A stretch of 60,516 bases of DNA, taken from positions 1-60,516 of the forward strand of contig JAQBVV010000003.1 of assembly GCA_027622905.1 (NCBI GenBank), given 5' to 3'. Each line of letters opens with the position of its first letter. The stretch's first letter is position 1. The position numbers and the translations under genes are program-made. This DNA is from Acidobacteriota bacterium. Its GTDB lineage: Bacteria > Acidobacteriota > Vicinamibacteria > Vicinamibacterales > UBA2999. The notes below the pieces were generated by a model. It did no database searches and was not told where the DNA came from. It saw only the letters and a program-made list of their open reading frames with translations. Positions 38,135-46,419 of this stretch are shown in pieces.

Positions 38135-39771
38135 AGATCCTCTTCATCATGGACTCGCCGGAGTATCTCCGGTTCTACGACTCGGTGATCGAGGAATGCG
38201 CTGCGCGCGGGCATGCCCTGAGTCTCGCGGTCAGCCACGGGCGAGAAAAAAAACCGGTTGGCGTCGAAGGCTTGCAGGCGTACGCGGACCGCGTCCGGAT
38301 CCTTGGCGTGGCGCCCCAGCATGAAGGAGCGTGGGGCAGCGCGGCGTACAGGCTGCGTGGCGTCATGGATTTCATTCGGTACTTGCATCCAGACTTCGCC
38401 TCGGCGCCAGCGTTGCGCGCGAGAATCAAGCGGAAGGTGCTGCCGTCGGCCTATCGGTGGCTCGATGCGATCCCGCGCCTTCCGCCCGTCGCGGTACGGG
38501 CTATCGAACGGGCACTGATGACGGCCGATCGAGCGATCCCGGTGAGCGAGCCGTTGGTGGCGTTCCTCCGGGAGCACGACCCCGACGTGCTGATGGTGTC
38601 CCCGCTTGTCGCCGCTGCGTCTGAGCAGGTGGACTGGATCAAGGCGGCGCGGGCATGTGGCCTGCGCACGATGGTCTGCATCGCGAGCTGGGACAATCTC
38701 ACCAACAAGGGCCTGATGAGGATCGAGCCCGATCTCGTCGCCGTATGGAATGACGTGCAGAAGCGAGAGGCGCAGCAGTACCACTACATTCCCGCCCACA
38801 AAGTCGTCACCACTGGCGCGCAGCTGTTCGACCGGTGGTTTGTGCAACGGGCGAGCCGCCAGCGGGAGGAGTTCTGCATACGCGCTGGATTACCGGACAC
38901 CCAGCCGTTCCTGCTCTTCACCTGTTCATCGAGCTTCATTTCTCGATCGAACGTGGAGGTGCCGTTTGTACGACGATGGATAACGGCGCTCCGTGCGGCC
39001 GACGATCCGCGTGTGCGGAACGTACGAGTCCTCGTGCGCCCGCACCCCTACAACTGCCAAGAGTGGGAGTCGAACCCCCTTGCCGACCTGGCTGGCGTCG
39101 GTATGTACCCCACTCGGGCGTACAACCCCGTCGAACCATCGAGCCGGACAGATTTCTTTGACTCGATCTATCACAGCGCTGGCGTCGTCGGAGTCAATAC
39201 CAGCGCGATGATCGAGGCGGCGATCATCGGGAGGCCTGTGTTTTCGCTGTTGACCGAGGAGTTCGCGAACACGCAGGAAGGCACCATCCATTTTCATCAT
39301 TTGCTTCCCGAGAATGGCGGGTTCCTTCGTGTTGCCCCAACGATCGAGGCGCACGTACACCAGCTCAGCGAGTGTCTTCAGGATCCCGATCGGGCTCTCG
39401 CTCAGACTCAGCGATTTGTCGCCTCGTTCATTCGGCCGCATGGCATCGAGCGGCCCGCGACGCCGATTTTCGTGGATGCGATCGAGCAGCTCGGCGCCCA
39501 GAGTGCTGAGAAGCCCGAATCGACACCCATATGGGCGTTCCTGCTCCGCCCCGTTGTACGTACCGCGTCGGCGCTCGCTGGGGCGGTCGACTGGCTCCAA
39601 CGCGATCCGCTCAAGCGCTTGCGCAGGAGATGTGAACGGATCGCCCACCGCACTCGGAAGGTGTTCAGCCGGATCACGGAGTCAGCCTCGTCGCGTGTGC
39701 GACGCCGGGCCAGGCTTGTCAAGAAACGGTGGCAGAGGTCCGTGGTGAAGCCACTGCGCAGCCGTTGGTGA
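38131..39771 (+). CDS. Family A GT-B-like protein
   Basis: ATG 38131 (MKILF). SWDNLTNKG, VRPHP, GVNTSAMIEAA and QEGTIHFHHL. Confidence 0.82.
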   Translation: MKILFIMDSPEYLRFYDSVIEECAARGHALSLAVSHGREKKPVGVEGLQAYADRVRILGVAPQHEGAWGSAAYRLRGVMDFIRYLHPDFASAPALRARIKRKVLPSAYRWLDAIPRLPPVAVRAIERALMTADRAIPVSEPLVAFLREHDPDVLMVSPLVAAASEQVDWIKAARACGLRTMVCIASWDNLTNKGLMRIEPDLVAVWNDVQKREAQQYHYIPAHKVVTTGAQLFDRWFVQRASRQREEFCIRAGLPDTQPFLLFTCSSSFISRSNVEVPFVRRWITALRAADDPRVRNVRVLVRPHPYNCQEWESNPLADLAGVGMYPTRAYNPVEPSSRTDFFDSIYHSAGVVGVNTSAMIEAAIIGRPVFSLLTEEFANTQEGTIHFHHLLPENGGFLRVAPTIEAHVHQLSECLQDPDRALAQTQRFVASFIRPHGIERPATPIFVDAIEQLGAQSAEKPESTPIWAFLLRPVVRTASALAGAVDWLQRDPLKRLRRRCERIAHRTRKVFSRITESASSRVRRRARLVKKRWQRSVVKPLRSRW

Positions 39772-39877
39772 CTCGGGTCGCCAGGGTTGGCCTGCTCGCG
39801 AGGAGGTGCCCTCGGCGGCGGCACCGACATGGATCGCGCGCATGCGAGCAGGCGCGATTCCAGGTTGACGGCCCCCG

Positions 39878-40684
39878 ATGAGAGCGATTGTGCTGACCAG
39901 TACGTTCCGCCGGCATGTGTTCGTCGCGAACACCGTCGCCGCCGGTTGCGATCTGATGGGTGTGTGGCAGGAGGAGAAGACGTTTCGCCCCGAGCGGTAC
40001 GCGCACGATGCCGCCGACGAGAAGGCCATTCAGCGTCATTTCGCGGAGCGGGACGCGTCTGAAGCTCGCTACTTCTCGGCGGATTCCGCCCTGCAGCTCG
40101 ATCAAGGCGCCGTGCAGCGAACGGTTGCGGCCGGAGCCTGCAACGAGCCCGCTGAGGTGACGCTCATGGAGGCGGCCAGGCCTGACGTTGTCCTGGTCTT
40201 CGGCACGGGGATCCTTCGCGAACCTCTGTTGTCCGCATTTGAAGGTCGGATTCTCAATATTCACCTGGGACTCTCACCGTACTACCGTGGAGCCGGGACG
40301 AATTTCTGGCCGTTAGTGAACCGCCAACCAGAGTATGTCGGGGCCACGATTCACTATCTGGACGCCGGAATCGACACGGGGCCAATCCTGTCGCATGCGC
40401 GCCCGCTCATCGAACATGGCGACGGCCCGCACGACCTTGGCAACAAGACCATCGTCGCGGCGGCGGCGGGACTGCTGCGAGCCGCCGCGGCCCACGTGTC
40501 TGGATCCGCCAGGGCGGTGCCACAATGGAGCGGCGGCCGGCTTTATCAACGGAAGGACTTCAGCGCCGATGCCGTTCGGGCGATGTACAGAAACTTTGAC
40601 ACGTCAATGATCGCCGAGTATCTATCGGCGCGCGACTCTCGTGACGCCGCACTGAGATTGATCGCGCCAGGGAGCGTCGCGTGA
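39878..40684 (+). CDS. Formyltransferase (formyl_trans_N), probable sugar N-formyltransferase
   Basis: ILNIHLGLSPYYRG and GATIHYLDAGIDTGPIL. Confidence 0.85.
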   Translation: MRAIVLTSTFRRHVFVANTVAAGCDLMGVWQEEKTFRPERYAHDAADEKAIQRHFAERDASEARYFSADSALQLDQGAVQRTVAAGACNEPAEVTLMEAARPDVVLVFGTGILREPLLSAFEGRILNIHLGLSPYYRGAGTNFWPLVNRQPEYVGATIHYLDAGIDTGPILSHARPLIEHGDGPHDLGNKTIVAAAAGLLRAAAAHVSGSARAVPQWSGGRLYQRKDFSADAVRAMYRNFDTSMIAEYLSARDSRDAALRLIAPGSVA

Positions 40685-41664
40685 GCGCCCACGGCTGCAC
40701 GATTGTGTTTTATCACTACGTCCGGGACGTCGAACGCACGCCTTTTCCAGGGATCAAAGCGCTGTCGGTGGCCGACTTCACCAGACAACTGGACTGGCTG
40801 CAGGCACGATTCGAGATCATCGATGGCCCCACGTTCGAACGGGCGGTCACGGCGCGAGTTGGTTTCGACCGGCCCACGGCACTCCTGACGTTCGATGACG
40901 GGTTCGTCGATCACTACGCACATTGCTTCCCGATTTTGCGCTCTCGCGGGCTGGGTGGCATCTTCTTTCTTGCCGGTGCAACGCTCGGCGCGCGGCCAGT
41001 GTTGCTGAACGTGCACAAGACCCACTTTCTTCTGAGTCAACTCGGAGCCGGGCGGTTTGTGCGGGAAGTCTCCGCGGCGCTCGAGCGAGAAGGGGTACAG
41101 CTGAACGGAGCGGGGGGCAGCGAACGCGAAGGCGTCTACCGCTACGACGAGGCGCCGGACGTCGCGATCAAGCGGGTGCTGAACTATGAAACTCCGTACG
41201 CCCTCGCTGACGGTGTATTGTCGACGTTGTTCAGTCGTCACGTTGGCGAGAGCGACGCATTCGCGCGGGAGTTGTACCTGTCAGCCGATCAGGTCCGTGA
41301 GATGGCACGGGACGGTATGACATTCGGCTTTCATACGGAGACCCACCCGGTGCTGTCGCGCCTCGATCGCGAAGGACAGCACGCGGAGCTCCGCAGCGGC
41401 CCGGCGACTGTGCGCGAGCTGACGGGGCAGCACGCGGTGTCGTTCTGTTATCCGTACGGGCTCTCCCACACGTACAACGCAGACACGCTGAGCGTGCTTG
41501 AGGAGTGCGGCTATAGCATGGCGTTCAACACGGTACGGCGCGAGGTCACCGTCGATCGAGAGTCACGCTACGAGCTGCCGCGATTCGATACCCGCGACCT
41601 GCCGATCGTTGAGGGCTCTGTGCGCTCGAAGGCTGCGCAGGGTTCCGTGGATGGTGTCCGATGA
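40681..41664 (+). CDS. Polysaccharide deacetylase (CE4/NodB-like)
   Basis: YHYV, LTFDDG, FHTETHP, FCYPYG and LPRFD. Confidence 0.88.
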   Translation: MSAHGCTIVFYHYVRDVERTPFPGIKALSVADFTRQLDWLQARFEIIDGPTFERAVTARVGFDRPTALLTFDDGFVDHYAHCFPILRSRGLGGIFFLAGATLGARPVLLNVHKTHFLLSQLGAGRFVREVSAALEREGVQLNGAGGSEREGVYRYDEAPDVAIKRVLNYETPYALADGVLSTLFSRHVGESDAFARELYLSADQVREMARDGMTFGFHTETHPVLSRLDREGQHAELRSGPATVRELTGQHAVSFCYPYGLSHTYNADTLSVLEECGYSMAFNTVRREVTVDRESRYELPRFDTRDLPIVEGSVRSKAAQGSVDGVR

Positions 41665-41748
41665 CGTGTGAACAGGTTTCGGTGGCGCGGACACACCTTC
41701 TGCACCTGTTGAGCCTATTGAACCCGAAGGTTCGGAATTCCAAGAATC

Positions 41749-42903
41749 ATGCGTAAAGTCTGTGTCGTCATCGGATCTCGTGCCAACTACGGCAGCATCA
41801 AATCAGTCATGCGTGCGGTACAGGCCCACCCCGGCCTCCAGCTTCAGATCATTGTTGCCGCCTCGGCACTGCTCGATCGTTTCGGATCGGTTGTCGACGT
41901 GATCGAGCAGGATGGCTTCACGCCGGATGCCCGCGTCAACATGATTGTGGAAGGCGAGACTCCGGTGACGATGGCCAAGTCCACCGGCCTTGGCCTGCTC
42001 GAATTGCCCACGCTGTTCGAGTTGTTTCGGCCGGACGTCGTTGTCACGGTCGGCGACCGATTCGAGACAATGGCTACTGCCATCGCAAGCGCGTACATGA
42101 ATATCCCGCTGGCCCACACGATGGGCGGCGAGGTGACTGGCACGATCGACGAAAGCATCAGGCACGCCATCACCAAAATGGCGCATATTCATTTCCCGGC
42201 GAATCAGGGGGCGGCCGACCGCATCATCCGTCTCGGGGAGGCCGCTGACGCCGTCCATGTCGTCGGCTGCCCGCGTATCGATCTGGTGTCAGAGATCATC
42301 AACGGCGAGGGTTCCGATACCGACACCGAGTGGCTCGATCGAGAGGGTGTCGGTGGACATATTTCGACGGAGAAGCCGTTCCTGCTCGTGAGTCAGCACC
42401 CGATCACCACCGAGTACGGTCAGGGGGAGGCTCAGATCTGGGAAACGCTGATGGCGCTGCATGAGTTACGGATGCCGACGGTGATGCTGTGGCCGAATAT
42501 TGACGCGGGCTCGGAAGACGTGTCTCGTGGCATGCGGAAGTTCCGGGAGGACTACAGCCCAGAGTACATGCGGTTCTACAAGAACTTCCCGGTCGAGACG
42601 TACTTGCGTCTGATGAAGGGCGCCGCCTGTCTGGTCGGAAACTCCAGCGCGTCGATTCGGGAAGGCGCGTTTCTCGGAAGTCCAGCTGTGAACATCGGCA
42701 GCCGGCAGGATGGGCGCGAGCGTGGTTCGAACGTGGCGGACGTCGATCATGAACGCGCCGCGATCGTAGGCGCCGTCCGGCGCCAGATCGAGCGGGGACG
42801 GTATTCTCCCGAACACATCTACGGCGATGGACGGGCTGGTGCGCGCATAGCCGACATCCTGTCGACGACCTCGTTACACGTGCAGAAGCGGATCCAGTAC
42901 TGA
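41749..42903 (+). CDS. neuC: UDP/GDP-N-acetylhexosamine 2-epimerase (hydrolysing), copy 1
   Basis: GSRANY, GDRFE, GGEVTGTIDESIRHAITK, PNIDAG, GNSS and NIGSRQ. Confidence 0.88.
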   Translation: MRKVCVVIGSRANYGSIKSVMRAVQAHPGLQLQIIVAASALLDRFGSVVDVIEQDGFTPDARVNMIVEGETPVTMAKSTGLGLLELPTLFELFRPDVVVTVGDRFETMATAIASAYMNIPLAHTMGGEVTGTIDESIRHAITKMAHIHFPANQGAADRIIRLGEAADAVHVVGCPRIDLVSEIINGEGSDTDTEWLDREGVGGHISTEKPFLLVSQHPITTEYGQGEAQIWETLMALHELRMPTVMLWPNIDAGSEDVSRGMRKFREDYSPEYMRFYKNFPVETYLRLMKGAACLVGNSSASIREGAFLGSPAVNIGSRQDGRERGSNVADVDHERAAIVGAVRRQIERGRYSPEHIYGDGRAGARIADILSTTSLHVQKRIQY

Positions 42904-43610
42904 CGGTTCTGGGGGTGATCCCGGCGCGCGGAGGCTCGAAGGCCATTCCACGCAAGAATCTGGCTTTGCTCGGCGGCCGGCCGCTCATCGCCTATACCGT
43001 CGACGCGGCGCGCGCGAGCACGGTCCTCGCACGGGTGGTGGTGAGCACTGACGATCAGGACATCGCGGCCGCGGCGAAGGAGCTCGGTGCTGACGTGCCG
43101 TTCCTCCGGCCATCGCATCTCGCGGGCGATGAAACACCGATGCTCGACGTCCTCCTTGACCTCGTCGATGCCCTCGAGCAGCGCGAGGCGTATCGAGCCG
43201 ACATCCTCGTCTTGCTGCAGCCGACATCTCCCTTCCGCCGGGCGGAGCAGATCGACGCCGCGGTCGATCTGCTCACGAGGTCCGGCGCTGATTCGGTTGT
43301 GACGGTGGTGCCTGTACCCCATCAGTTCTCACCAGAGTCACTGATGCAACTGCACGACAACCGCTTGCTGCCCTATGTGTCAGGGCCCGCGCAATTGCGG
43401 CGGCAGGACAAGCCCCGTCTCTTTGCGCGTAACGGGCCGGCCATCGTGGCGGTTCGGACACAGGTGCTCACCGAGCAGAGAACTCTTTACGGTGTCGATA
43501 CGCGAGGACTGGTCATGACCCGCGAGGAGTCCCTGGATATCGATGACGTCTTCGACCTCGAGCTTGCTGAGCTGATGCTCAACGCGCGCAGTGGCGGGAC
43601 AGCAACGTGA
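42900..43610 (+). CDS. neuA: Acylneuraminate cytidylyltransferase (CMP-NulO synthetase), copy 1; start CTG 42900 or GTG 42915
   Basis: IPARGGSKAIPRKN, STDD, LLQPTSPFR, RRQD, NG and DIDD. Confidence 0.9.
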   Translation: MTVLGVIPARGGSKAIPRKNLALLGGRPLIAYTVDAARASTVLARVVVSTDDQDIAAAAKELGADVPFLRPSHLAGDETPMLDVLLDLVDALEQREAYRADILVLLQPTSPFRRAEQIDAAVDLLTRSGADSVVTVVPVPHQFSPESLMQLHDNRLLPYVSGPAQLRRQDKPRLFARNGPAIVAVRTQVLTEQRTLYGVDTRGLVMTREESLDIDDVFDLELAELMLNARSGGTAT

Positions 43611-45361
43611 AGGTTCTGTTTTGCGCCGCGCACTTCGGATACATGCGCAACTTCGAGTCGGCGATCGCCGCGCTCGCGCTGCGGGGGCATCACGTGCACC
43701 TGGTGGCCGACGAGGCAGACTCGATCGGCGGTAGCCCGCTGGTGGAGCGTCTGGCGGCCGAGCATGCGACGGTCACGTATGGATTCGGGCCGTCGCTCGA
43801 TGCCGAGCCCTGGTTTCGCCTGGCTCGCAAGCTGCGCAGCGCCTCAGACTATGTGCGTTTTCATGAGGGGGCCTTCACCACCTTTTACAAGACGCGCCTG
43901 ACGCTCCGCGAACGCATTCCCCGAAGCGTCCTCTGGCTCATGGATGCTGGCTGCGGAAGGATCGGAGTTGCACGCCGTGCCATCGCCGCCGCACTGCGCC
44001 TCGCGGAAGCCGTGATGCCGGTCAGTTCCGCCAGTCGTGCGTTCATCGAGGCCGAGGATCCGGATGTCGTGCTCATGGCCTCGGTGACGGCCTGGCGCGT
44101 GCCTCAGATTGACCACTTCAGAGCGGCCCGGGCGATCGGGCGTCGTACCGCCGTGTGTGTGTACAGCTGGGATCAGCTCTCCAGTAAAGCGCTGCTGCGG
44201 AACGTGCCCGATCGGGTCATTCTGTGGAACGAGACACAGCGTCGGGAGGCAATGGAGTGGCATGGAGTGCCGGCCGACAGGATCGTCGTGACGGGTGCGC
44301 AGTGCTACGACCGCTGGTTTGGGCGTCAGCCATCGAGGAATCGTGATGACTTTTGTCGGGCCGTCGGCCTGTCCTCGGCCCATCCGATACTCCTGTATAT
44401 CTGCTCGGTCCTGACGCCGAACCCGTACGAGTCCAAGTTCATTCTGCGTTGGCTGGAAGAGATCAGGGGGAGCGCGGATCCTGGATTGCGTGACGCATCG
44501 ATTCTTGTTCGACCGCATCCGGAACGCATGGACGAATGGAAGGATGTCTCGCTCGAACGATTTGGAAACGTAGCGCTGTTTGGACGCAATCCCGTCAGTC
44601 CGGATGCGCAGGCCGACTATTTCGATTCGCTTTATCACAGTCATGCCGTGGTTGGTCTGGTCACGAGCGGATTTCTCGAGGCGGCGGTCGTCGGTCGTCC
44701 CGTGTACTCGCTGCTGCTGCCTGAGATGCAGATGTACCAGGAAGGGATGCAGCACTTCCGCTATCTCATAGACGTTGAAGGCGGATTACTGAAGGTGGCC
44801 CGCGAGTTTCCCGACCACCTGTCGGCGCTCGCGACGGCCCTGCGGCAACCCGATGAGCGCGACGAACAGAATCGCAGGTTCGTGCGCGCCTTCGTCAGAC
44901 CCAATGGCCTCGACGTACCGGCGACACCTGGCTTTGTCGCCGCAGTGGAGCAACTCGCAGAAGCCGCGCCTCTCCCACCGGAGGCGCCACCAGCGTGGTG
45001 CACGGTGGTCCAGCCGCTCGCGCTGTGGGTGGCGCAGTCGTCCGAGACCGGATGGTTGCGCCCGCTGTTCCGCGACACGCCGGAGATGAACAACGACCGA
45101 GGGAGATCCAGGAAGATTGCTCGGAAGCAGGCCGCCGCCGCGGCCCGGACCCAGCGTGTTGCAGAGAAGCAGCGAGTGCTCGATGCGCGTCGCAGAGAAC
45201 GCCGGCGCGCGCATTGGGCTGAGACCAGACGGAAACAGCTTGCGCGAGTGGCCGCGGGCGCAAAGGGGATCGTGCGGTCGAGCGGTTCTGGTGCTGCGTG
45301 GCGCAAGCAACTGGCACGGTTCAAGGGACGGGTCAAGACGATGATCGGTCAGGCGCCGTGA
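43607..45361 (+). CDS. Family A GT-B-like protein with basic helical tail
   Basis: SWDQLSSKA, VRPHP, GLVTSGFLEAA and QEGMQHF. Confidence 0.8.
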   Translation: MKVLFCAAHFGYMRNFESAIAALALRGHHVHLVADEADSIGGSPLVERLAAEHATVTYGFGPSLDAEPWFRLARKLRSASDYVRFHEGAFTTFYKTRLTLRERIPRSVLWLMDAGCGRIGVARRAIAAALRLAEAVMPVSSASRAFIEAEDPDVVLMASVTAWRVPQIDHFRAARAIGRRTAVCVYSWDQLSSKALLRNVPDRVILWNETQRREAMEWHGVPADRIVVTGAQCYDRWFGRQPSRNRDDFCRAVGLSSAHPILLYICSVLTPNPYESKFILRWLEEIRGSADPGLRDASILVRPHPERMDEWKDVSLERFGNVALFGRNPVSPDAQADYFDSLYHSHAVVGLVTSGFLEAAVVGRPVYSLLLPEMQMYQEGMQHFRYLIDVEGGLLKVAREFPDHLSALATALRQPDERDEQNRRFVRAFVRPNGLDVPATPGFVAAVEQLAEAAPLPPEAPPAWCTVVQPLALWVAQSSETGWLRPLFRDTPEMNNDRGRSRKIARKQAAAAARTQRVAEKQRVLDARRRERRRAHWAETRRKQLARVAAGAKGIVRSSGSGAAWRKQLARFKGRVKTMIGQAP

Positions 45362-46419
45362 CCACGACGATGCGCCAGGTGGCGATCGGGGTGGCGTTGC
45401 ACAATCGTGTCGCGTACCTCCCCGAGGCGCTCGACTCGCTGCTGGCCCAGTCTTTCGAGGACTTCGATCTGATCCTCGTCGACGATGGATCGACCGACGG
45501 CACCGAGGGGGTGGCGCGTGCGTATGAGCGACGTGATGCGCGGGTGCGCTATCTCAGGTTCGCCGAGCGCCGCGGGATGGTTGTTGCCTGGCGAACAGCG
45601 TTTGACGAGGCCGCTGCGTCAGGAGCGACGTACTTTGCCTGGGGCAGCGACCATGATCGGTGGCATCCGGAGTGGCTGACCAGGCTGGTCTCCGCGCTTG
45701 CGGGTCACCCCGAGATCGTGCTGGCCTATCCCCTGACCCAGCGAATCGATCCGGACGGTGCGCCATTGGCAAAGCCCGCACGCCAGTTCGAGACAGCAGG
45801 CATAGTGGACAGGCGAGTGCGCTGGAGGCGTCTGAGTCGCAGCGACTCACTGGCGGCCGGTGACGCCGTGTACGGGCTCATGCGCGCGGAGGCAGTACGC
45901 CGCGCCGGTGTGTTTCGTGGGGTACTGTCGCCCGATCGCCTCCTGATCGCGGAACTCTCGTTGCAGGGGCAGATTCGCCAGGTGCCCGAGGTTCTCTGGT
46001 GTCGTCGCCAGTTCGCGGAGGGAAGTGTCGGACGTCAGCGAGACTCGCTCTTCGCGCCGGGCGCACCGAGGCCGTCTGCCCGTACCCCCGCCTGGTACCT
46101 GCACGCGCGCTCACTCTGGACGACCTACGCGTATCCCGGGGGCTCCTCGCTTCAGCTCTCACGTGGTGAGGTTGCCGGTATGGTGCTCGAATATTCGGTC
46201 GCCTACGCATGGCGGCACTACGGCAAGTCGAGCGCGCAGCGCGGCCTGTTATCGGTGTTCGGATGGCCGAGGTGGGTGTACAAGCGGGTGAAGCACGCAG
46301 CGTTGCTCGCCCTCTATACTGTGCTGATCACTTTACGAAAGGCAGGCGCCACGCCCTGTGCCGAGCGCCTGTGCGCCAGGCTCACGGGACGAGAGCGCCC
46401 GTGGCGAAGATCCGCATGA
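45358..46419 (+). CDS. GT2 family glycosyltransferase
   Basis: SLLAQSFEDF, VDDGSTDGT and WGSDHD (DxD). GTGA overlap. Confidence 0.85.
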   Translation: MTTTMRQVAIGVALHNRVAYLPEALDSLLAQSFEDFDLILVDDGSTDGTEGVARAYERRDARVRYLRFAERRGMVVAWRTAFDEAAASGATYFAWGSDHDRWHPEWLTRLVSALAGHPEIVLAYPLTQRIDPDGAPLAKPARQFETAGIVDRRVRWRRLSRSDSLAAGDAVYGLMRAEAVRRAGVFRGVLSPDRLLIAELSLQGQIRQVPEVLWCRRQFAEGSVGRQRDSLFAPGAPRPSARTPAWYLHARSLWTTYAYPGGSSLQLSRGEVAGMVLEYSVAYAWRHYGKSSAQRGLLSVFGWPRWVYKRVKHAALLALYTVLITLRKAGATPCAERLCARLTGRERPWRRSA

